Source of the DNA: Acidimicrobiia bacterium
GTDB lineage: Bacteria > Actinomycetota > Acidimicrobiia > Acidimicrobiales > Poriferisodalaceae
Length of the DNA stretch: 64,000 nucleotides
Reading direction: 5' to 3'
Assembly (NCBI GenBank): GCA_022820505.1
Contig: JAJEFK010000014.1
Span: 80,206 to 144,205 of the forward strand
The notes below the pieces were generated by a model. The model had not been told where the DNA came from. It ran no database searches and saw only the letters and a program-made list of their open reading frames with translations. Shown one piece after another: positions 57,790 through 64,000 of this stretch. The position numbers and the translations under genes are program-made. Position 1 is the first letter of the stretch, and each line of letters begins with the position of its first letter.

Positions 57790-57846
57790 GGCGAGAGACT
57801 ATGCCCGGTCGTAGCAACGAATGGAGCTCGCGCGCAGGTGTCCGCG

Positions 57847-58908
57847 TCAGCTCGGCGACTCGGCCTCGGCCGACGCGGATTCCTCCCCGGTGAGCAGGTC
57901 GGCGTAAATCAGCAGATGCGCGACGGCCACCACCATGAACACGAGCGGCAGGATGATGGCATTGACGATCAGGTCTCCGAAGAGGGGTGCAATCGGCAGC
58001 GCGCCGAGCGACATCGACAAGGCGAGCCAGACCAACTCGGCTGCCAGCGAGATCAGGAAGACCCGCCCCCAGATCGCCGCCTTGCGACCCTTCATCAAGT
58101 GCCACCAGCGGCGCGGTGAGGGAAGGCGAGGTTCCACGTAGACCATCACGAAATAGACGGCGAGCAGCGGGCCGAACACGAGTGCCGCGCCGATTAATGC
58201 GAGAGCCCACAGAATGCCGAGCACAGGCGCTGCCCAGAGCAGGAGCGCACAGAGGCCGCACCCCAGCAGACCGATCGCTAGTCCGATTGCGACACAGAAG
58301 GCGAAGATCTTCGGCAGGCGCCGCAGTGTCGCCATCAGCGTGCGGTTGGCGTCCACCTCTCGTCCCTGGACATCGTCGAGGGCCAGCCGGGTTGTGGCGA
58401 TGTCCTGGAGTGTGAAACCGACGACGCTCGCAAGACCGAAGGCCATGAGAAGACCGATCGCCAGCGGAGTCGGCGTCACCTCGAAGGACTCCAGCCACGC
58501 GTCGAAATCGACAGTGGAGCCCCCGAGCGGATCGGTGAGTTCCTCGAGCTTGGAGAAGAACTGGCCGTCGAACAGTGCGTTCAGGCCCAAGAACAGCATG
58601 ACAAGCGCCACCAAGTAGCCGGCCACACCGATCAGCGCGTACTCGCCGAATCCTCGCCAACGCCGTCCGACAAGCGCGAGGGTGTCCCCGAAGAGCTGCG
58701 GGATCCGGCGCAAGTCGCCGGGACGGCGCCGAGGGACATACCGCGATGGTCGACCCGGATTGGATCCAGGAGGCGGTGCAGGCCGTGGTCGCCCGGGAGG
58801 CGGTGGTGACCACAGTCCGGCCTCGTCATCGTCCTGGGAAGACGGAGGGTGCCCATCGCCGTCGGACGGCGGCGGCACGGATCGGGGTCGCTCGTCGCTC
58901 TCGGCCAC
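57847..58908 (-). CDS. Polytopic membrane protein with Pro-rich N-terminal tail (paralog of 56902..57789)
   Basis: Shared core (GDTLALVGRRWRGF vs GDTFGVVGRRFREI; YVEPRLPSPRRWWHLMKGRKAAIWGR vs YLEPGFPWFPRWWRLLADNKAATWGR). The N-terminus is PPPSDGDG...PPPPGRPRPAPPPG. Confidence 0.6.
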   Translation of the reverse strand: MAESDERPRSVPPPSDGDGHPPSSQDDDEAGLWSPPPPGRPRPAPPPGSNPGRPSRYVPRRRPGDLRRIPQLFGDTLALVGRRWRGFGEYALIGVAGYLVALVMLFLGLNALFDGQFFSKLEELTDPLGGSTVDFDAWLESFEVTPTPLAIGLLMAFGLASVVGFTLQDIATTRLALDDVQGREVDANRTLMATLRRLPKIFAFCVAIGLAIGLLGCGLCALLLWAAPVLGILWALALIGAALVFGPLLAVYFVMVYVEPRLPSPRRWWHLMKGRKAAIWGRVFLISLAAELVWLALSMSLGALPIAPLFGDLIVNAIILPLVFMVVAVAHLLIYADLLTGEESASAEAESPS

Positions 58909-58972
58909 GGCCAGATGTTAGGTCGGCGGCCACTCCTGATGGTCGGCAAGGGACGCGCGTAGCGTCGCAGGC

Positions 58973-61003
58973 ATGGACAACACGGCATCTGGCCTGATTG
59001 CACCGCTGCCCGGCAGCTTGCCGCCGCGCCGGGTGAGGTACCTGCCGATCGTGGATCGGCCGCGGATCCGGTGGCCGAACGATGCGCGGGTGGCGCTGTG
59101 GATCGCGCCGAACGTGGAGCACTACGAGTTCCTGCCGCCGCGTGATCCCCAGCGCAACACCTGGACGCGCTCGCCGCATCCAGATGTGCAGGGCTATAGC
59201 TACCGCGACTACGGCAACCGGGTGGGCTTCTGGCGTATGGCAGAGGTGCTTGACCGCTTCGGCGTCGTTGCCACGGCCTCCACCAATCTCGCCGTGTTCG
59301 ACCACTACCCCGAAGTGGGCGCTGCGATGGTCGAGCGCGGGTGGGAGATCATGTCCCACGGCATCTACAACACCCGCTACATATCTGCGATCGACGAGAC
59401 CGCCGAGCGGGCGTTCTACATCGAGTGCATCGAGGCGCTGCGCAGCCACACCGGGCAGCAACTGCGGGGCATGCTCGGCCCTGCGGTGTCCAACACCGCG
59501 GCGACGCCCGACCTCATGGCCGAAGCCGGCCTGATCTACCACGCCGACTGGTTCCACGACGACCAGCCCGTGCCGCTGGCGACCCGGGGCGGCCAGCGGC
59601 TGGTGTCGGTGCCCTATTCGATGGAGCTGAACGACGTGCCGGTGTTCACTCAGCACTTCGACACCGACGAATTCGTGGCGATGGCCAAGGCGCAGCTCGA
59701 CGTCCTGCGCCGCGAGGCCGACGACGACGCCGGTGGTCGGGTGATGTGCGTGGCGCTGCACCCCTACCTGATGGGCATGCCGCACCGGGTCGACGGGCTG
59801 GCGGCGATGCTCGACTACCTGATGAGCCACGACGACGTGTGGCAGACCACGGCCAGCCAGATCGCCCAGCACTTCGTCGACCATCACTACGACCACTTCG
59901 TCGCCCATGAGCCTGAGTCGCCAACCGCTCGACCCAAGGTTGCGGCGACGGCCGCAAGCTCGGCCGGCACCACTGCTGCCAGCCCCGGCTCGGCCAGCCA
60001 CGCAGCCGGGAGTGCCGCTACCGAGGACTGGGCGCAGGGCTACGAGTTTGGCCCAGCCCAGCATCAGCACGGCATGGACCACCCCTACTACGACTGGTCG
60101 CCATTGCCGAGCCGGCCCCGTTTCGAGTGGCCCGACCGCAGCCCGCTCGCCGTCGGCGCCGTCATCGTGCTCGAGCACGTCGAGTGGGAGCCTCCCCCCG
60201 ACGCCTACGCGCTGCGCCGCCGGAGCGGCGGGCTGGCACGCCTGCCCGCCCCCGACTATCCCCAGCTCACGATCCGCGAGTACGGCCACCGGGTCGGCAT
60301 CTTCCGCCTAATCGACCTGCTGGACCGGCACGGTGTCGCAGCCACCGTCGCCGTCGATGCGCTGACCGCGGAGCACTACGGCTGGCTGGTCTCGCATCTG
60401 GCTGAGCGTGGATGCGAGATCGCCGGACGGGGCGTCGCCGCCACCCGGCTCGTCACCTCCAAGAACACTGAAGAAGAAGAGCGGAACGCCATCGCCCGGA
60501 GCCTCGACGCAATCGAGTCGGCCACCGGCGTCCGCCCGACCACATGGTTCTCCGCCGAGGGTGTCGAGTCGTTCCGCACACCGGCGCTGCTGGCAGAGGC
60601 CGGGGTCAACACCGTGCTCGATTGGCCCAACGACGAACAGCCAGTCCTGATGACGACGGACGGCGTGCTGCCCGGCGTGCACCGGCCCAAAGACACGGCG
60701 CCGATGGTGTCGTTGCCGCTGTTCCTCGAAGCCGACGACGAGTTCGCGCTGTGGCACCGGCGGGTGTCGCTGGACGGCTGGCACGACATCATCACCGGCG
60801 CCGCAGCCCGCATGCACCGCGACGGCGCCGAACATCCAGCCGGAAGCCGCCTGCTGATGCTCACGCTGCGTCCCTGGCTTGCGGGTCAGCCCTTCCGAGC
60901 GCAGGTGCTCGACGATGCACTCGCCCAGATGACCGCACTCGGAGGTCTCCACACGGCCACCGCAAGCGAGCTGGCTGCCCACGCGCGTCCGGTGCTGCGC
61001 TGA
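58973..61003 (+). CDS. Tandem double polysaccharide-deacetylase/PuuE-like protein, 676 aa
   Basis: Two homologous halves (RIRWPNDARVALWIAPNVEHYE...YRDYGNRVGFWRMAEVLDRFGV vs RFEWPDRSPLAVGAVIVLEHVEWE...IREYGHRVGIFRLIDLLDRHGV) joined by an Ala/Ser/Thr-rich linker. Confidence 0.75.
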   Translation: MDNTASGLIAPLPGSLPPRRVRYLPIVDRPRIRWPNDARVALWIAPNVEHYEFLPPRDPQRNTWTRSPHPDVQGYSYRDYGNRVGFWRMAEVLDRFGVVATASTNLAVFDHYPEVGAAMVERGWEIMSHGIYNTRYISAIDETAERAFYIECIEALRSHTGQQLRGMLGPAVSNTAATPDLMAEAGLIYHADWFHDDQPVPLATRGGQRLVSVPYSMELNDVPVFTQHFDTDEFVAMAKAQLDVLRREADDDAGGRVMCVALHPYLMGMPHRVDGLAAMLDYLMSHDDVWQTTASQIAQHFVDHHYDHFVAHEPESPTARPKVAATAASSAGTTAASPGSASHAAGSAATEDWAQGYEFGPAQHQHGMDHPYYDWSPLPSRPRFEWPDRSPLAVGAVIVLEHVEWEPPPDAYALRRRSGGLARLPAPDYPQLTIREYGHRVGIFRLIDLLDRHGVAATVAVDALTAEHYGWLVSHLAERGCEIAGRGVAATRLVTSKNTEEEERNAIARSLDAIESATGVRPTTWFSAEGVESFRTPALLAEAGVNTVLDWPNDEQPVLMTTDGVLPGVHRPKDTAPMVSLPLFLEADDEFALWHRRVSLDGWHDIITGAAARMHRDGAEHPAGSRLLMLTLRPWLAGQPFRAQVLDDALAQMTALGGLHTATASELAAHARPVLR

Positions 61004-61072
61004 GCCAGCCGATCACTGCGGCTCGTCTGCCCCTGCACCTGCAGCGTCCGACGTTGCTGCGAGCGGGAGCAG

Positions 61073-62428
61073 CTACTGCAGGCGCCAGGACCCCTGATCG
61101 GGAACGGGCAGGCCGAGGTGGTCGCGCAGCGTGGTGCCGTCGTACTCGGTGCGGAACAGGCCGCGGCGCTGCAGCTCGGGCACAACCAACTCGACGAAGT
61201 CTTCGAACGCTCCAGGCATGTGCGTGCCCGCGATCACGAATCCGTCCACTGCGCGCTCGGTAAACCACTCCTCGAAGTAATCGGCCAACTCGACGGGACC
61301 GCCCACGGTCGGGTGCGCCAGTCGGCCCCGGCCTGACACCTGCACGAAGTCGCGCACGGTCGGGTTGGCCCTCCCGGTGATCTGCAGCACCTGGTTGCGG
61401 ATGCCCTGGATGCCGGTCATGGCGTCGAGGTCGTCGTCGGACAGCGGCTCGTCCAGCTCACGGCTGGCGAAATCGAAGTTCAGCCCCTCCGACAGCAGCG
61501 AGAGGTCGTCCACCAGCGTCGGCAGCTCGTCATAGGCGGCACGACGGTCCTCGGCCTCGGACATGGTGCGGCCCACCACCGGGAACGTCAGGTTGGTGAT
61601 CTTGACGTAGTCGGGATCGCGGCCGAGGGCCTCGATCTGTGACTTCACCGCGGCGTAGTGCTCGACAGCGCTGTCGAGTCGCACCTGGCTGACGAACAGC
61701 AGCTCCCCCCAGCGAGCCGCGAACGTGGTGCCGCGACCGCTCTGGCCGGCCTGGATGACCACCGGGTGTCCCTGCGGTGTGCGGGGCACCGTGAAGGGCC
61801 CGCGAGACGTGAACCACTGTCCCCGGTGATCGAGGCGGTGCACCCGGTCGCCATGCGCGTACAGCCCGCTTGCCCGATCGGCAGCAATCGCATCCGCCTC
61901 CCAAGTGTCCCAGTGGCCGTGCACTACCTCCATGAACTCGTCGGCCCGGTCGTAACGCACATCATGGGCGGGGGCCTCTGCCAAACCCATGTTGCGGGCC
62001 TCGTTGTCGTTCACCGACGTCACGACGTTCCACGCCGCGCGGCCGCCCGTGAGATGGTCGAGCGTGGCGAACACCCGGGCCACGTGGAAGGGCTCGTAGT
62101 AGGTGGTCGAGTAGGTGGCTCCCAAGCCGAGCCGGCTCGTGGCCATGCCCATCGCTGTGAGCACCGTGACCGGGTCGAGCTTCACACAGCGGATGCCCGC
62201 CTCGACCGTGTGCCGATGGTCGCCGCCGAACATGTCGGGCATCGCCAGCCGGTCGTCGAAGAAGCCCAGGTCGAAGCAGCCCGCTTCGAGCACGTGGCCG
62301 ATGTGGCGGTAGTAGTCGAAGCCGGTGACATCGTGGCGGGCAGCGGGGTGCCGCCAGGCAGCGGGGATGGTCGTGCAGTTCTGCGCCTGCAGAAAGCCCA
62401 CCAGCACGATCTGACGCTGAGCGTTCAC
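61073..62428 (-). CDS. LLM-class flavin monooxygenase, NtaA/SnaA/DszA family
   Basis: QIVLVGFLQAQNCTTIPAAWRHP...FFDDRLAMPD is a typical N-terminus of nitrilotriacetate monooxygenase component A-like proteins. GTG start. Confidence 0.85.
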   Translation of the reverse strand: MNAQRQIVLVGFLQAQNCTTIPAAWRHPAARHDVTGFDYYRHIGHVLEAGCFDLGFFDDRLAMPDMFGGDHRHTVEAGIRCVKLDPVTVLTAMGMATSRLGLGATYSTTYYEPFHVARVFATLDHLTGGRAAWNVVTSVNDNEARNMGLAEAPAHDVRYDRADEFMEVVHGHWDTWEADAIAADRASGLYAHGDRVHRLDHRGQWFTSRGPFTVPRTPQGHPVVIQAGQSGRGTTFAARWGELLFVSQVRLDSAVEHYAAVKSQIEALGRDPDYVKITNLTFPVVGRTMSEAEDRRAAYDELPTLVDDLSLLSEGLNFDFASRELDEPLSDDDLDAMTGIQGIRNQVLQITGRANPTVRDFVQVSGRGRLAHPTVGGPVELADYFEEWFTERAVDGFVIAGTHMPGAFEDFVELVVPELQRRGLFRTEYDGTTLRDHLGLPVPDQGSWRLQ

Positions 62429-62535
62429 GCCCAGCGATGGTAGAGAGCAATCGCACCTGAGGGCGGCTCACCGGCGGCCTGCACACCGATCAGTCGATAT
62501 CGCCCGCTTGTCGGATCGGCACAGGGACAGTCGCG

Positions 62536-63321
62536 GTGTCAAACTCTGCGGCCATGCCGGCCATGCCCGAAGCAAGCGAGATCGCGCACGACGCCGCGCT
62601 GCGGGTGCGGCTGGCGGCCAACCTGGCCCGCCACGAGATACGGCAGCACCCAGGCGGAGGCCGCAAGCACGCTGCGGTCGCAGTGATCGTGCTGGACAGC
62701 GACGCCGACGTGCACGGATCGGATCCCGCATTCAGCGGCCTCGGCGCCGACGAGCGGCGCGAGCTGCTGGCAGAGATCCCAGGTGCGATCGACGACCCGA
62801 CGCTCACGGGCGACGTCGAGGGCACTGCGGGCGGGGCAGCCGTGCTGCTGACCCGCCGCGGCTCTCACCTGCGCGGCCATCGCGGCCAGTGGGCGCTGCC
62901 CGGCGGCCGGGTGGACGACGGCGAGACCGTGCTCGAAGCAGCCATCCGGGAGTGCTCCGAAGAGGTCGGCCTGGAGCTGACCAGCGACGACCTGCTCGGT
63001 CAGCTCGACGACTACCCCACCCGCTCGGGCTATGTCATCAGCCCGTTCGTGTTCTGGCTGTCCGACGATCGTGAGCCGGTGGCGAACCCGGCCGAGGTGG
63101 CATCGGTGCATCGAGTGTCATTGCGAGAGCTGACGCGGCCCGACTCTCCCCGATTCGTGCGCATCCCCGAGAGCGACCGTCCCGTCGTGCAGGTGCCGAT
63201 CGGCGGCGACCTGATCCATGCGCCCACCGGCGCGGTGCTCTACCAATTCCGCGCCGTCGCCTACGACGGCCTCAACACCCGCGTCGACGAACTGGAGCAG
63301 CCCGTGTTCGCTTGGCGCTAG
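62536..63321 (+). CDS. Nudix hydrolase (CoA pyrophosphatase-like)
   Basis: Nudix box LPGGRVDDGETVLEAAIRECSEEVGL. The start is uncertain (GTG 62536, ATG 62554 or 62563). The stop TAG at 63319-63321 lies within the first partial repeat unit. Confidence 0.8.
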   Translation: MSNSAAMPAMPEASEIAHDAALRVRLAANLARHEIRQHPGGGRKHAAVAVIVLDSDADVHGSDPAFSGLGADERRELLAEIPGAIDDPTLTGDVEGTAGGAAVLLTRRGSHLRGHRGQWALPGGRVDDGETVLEAAIRECSEEVGLELTSDDLLGQLDDYPTRSGYVISPFVFWLSDDREPVANPAEVASVHRVSLRELTRPDSPRFVRIPESDRPVVQVPIGGDLIHAPTGAVLYQFRAVAYDGLNTRVDELEQPVFAWR

Positions 63322-63498
63322 CCATGCGAACCATCAGACACAGCGCGTGGCGTTAGCCATGCGAACCATCAGACACAGCGCGTGGCGTTAGCCATGCGAA
63401 CCATCAGACACAGCGCGTGGCGCTAGCCATGCGAACCATCAGACACAGCGCGTGGCGTTAGCCATGCGAACCATCAGACACAGCGCGTGGCGCTAGCC
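63313..63498. repeat. 35-bp tandem repeat, 5 full copies plus partial copies at both ends
   Basis: Unit gccatgcgaaccatcagacacagcgcgtggcgYta starts at 63321, 63356, 63391, 63426 and 63461. It is identical apart from one Y position (t,t,c,t,c). Confidence 0.95.
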
Positions 63499-64000
63499 GA
63501 GCACGGACATCGACGAACCGTGGAGATCACGGTTGCGCGAGAACGTGCCCATGTCGATGCCGAAGCCGGTGTGCTTGCCGGTCACCACGACCGGATCCGC
63601 ATCATGGTCGTGGCCGCCTTCGACCGCACCGATCAGCTCCGCCATGCAGTGCCCGGCCACCGCAGCATTCTTGAACTGATTGCCGCTGGTGCCGATGGCC
63701 ACGTAGAACCCGTCGAGCGACGTGCGGTCATAGATCGGGATCCAGTCGTCGGTCACGTCGTACACGCCCACGACACCCCTCGGCTGGTGCGGCAATCCCA
63801 GTTCGGGCATGCGCCGGGCGAACCGCAGCACGTGGGTCTCCCACTGCTCGCGGGTGAGATCCTGCGAGCAATCGTCGACCTCGTCGGCGGTAAGCCATTC
63901 CAGGTCGGCCATGTCCAGCTCGAGCGAGCCGATCAGGATGTTGTTGCCCACCTCGGGCCGCACGTAGCAGCCGCAATCGTCGTCGGCCATCGCCGCGCCG
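63493..64000 (-). CDS. FAD-dependent oxidoreductase (DAO/sarcosine-oxidase-beta-like), C-terminal part; runs off the window
   Basis: GFYVAIGTSGNQFKNAAVAGHCMAEL is a C-terminal pattern of DAO-family flavoenzymes. The frame is open to the window edge. Confidence 0.6.
   Translation of the reverse strand, partial: GAAMADDDCGCYVRPEVGNNILIGSLELDMADLEWLTADEVDDCSQDLTREQWETHVLRFARRMPELGLPHQPRGVVGVYDVTDDWIPIYDRTSLDGFYVAIGTSGNQFKNAAVAGHCMAELIGAVEGGHDHDADPVVVTGKHTGFGIDMGTFSRNRDLHGSSMSVLG

Noticed and set aside
63324-63356. Repeated 10-codon mini-ORF MRTIRHSAWR* (one per repeat unit) as a real peptide gene
   Set aside because: It has no Shine-Dalgarno sequence. The 35-nt period puts successive copies in different frames. 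It is most simply a by-product of the repeat sequence. It is mentioned under the repeat finding only.
63313-63498. CRISPR array
   Set aside because: The 35-bp units are directly adjacent with no spacers, and there are no cas genes in the window. This is a tandem minisatellite, not a CRISPR.
1-64000. Mobile elements, integrases, prophage or genomic-island boundaries
   Set aside because: I saw no transposase, integrase, tRNA target or long inverted/direct terminal repeats. Compositional homogeneity appears high apart from the short vapBC promoter patch.

Overview
Very GC-rich bacterial chromosome segment: third codon positions are almost all G/C, GTG/TTG starts are common, and long stop-free antisense ORFs occur throughout. 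It is most likely actinobacterial, judging by the gene order cysO-cysM ... MBL hydrolase-rph-rdgB, which I recall from the Mycobacterium tuberculosis Rv1335-Rv1341 region. About 50 genes are tightly packed. I found no rRNA, tRNA, CRISPR array, IS element or prophage. A housekeeping core at about 27.3-34.1 kb (rpe, clpP, rdgB, rph, cysM/cysO, smpB) is flanked by two large blocks of accessory catabolic genes. The left block (0-27 kb) holds ald, an acyl-CoA ligase, a 2OG oxygenase, CoA-transferases, two amidases, tesB, two paralogous class-III aminotransferases flanking a Rieske oxygenase, a fused HyuA/HyuB hydantoinase/lactamase, a form-II CoxL-like molybdoenzyme and a thiolase. The right block (34-64 kb) holds an aromatic meta-cleavage-like operon, a third amidase, a vapBC toxin-antitoxin pair, a crotonase, a single-chain BC-BCCP-CT acyl-CoA carboxylase, two tandem double-domain CoA-transferases, two paralogous membrane proteins, a double PuuE-like deacetylase, an NtaA-type monooxygenase and a Nudix hydrolase. 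Several points deserve a second look. (1) A perfect 35-bp x5 tandem hairpin array lies between convergent genes at 63.3-63.5 kb. (2) Three roughly 820-850 aa proteins each fuse two family-III CoA-transferase domains, and only the N-terminal half keeps the catalytic Asp. (3) A possible lactam or N-heterocycle catabolic cluster sits at 13-23 kb. (4) Covalent fusions are frequent: HyuAB, the single-chain carboxylase and the double deacetylase. (5) There are recent small perfect duplications, one of 30 bp in frame within an amidase and one of a gene 3' end offset by 33 nt. All functional calls rest on motif and family recognition by eye; no searches were run.
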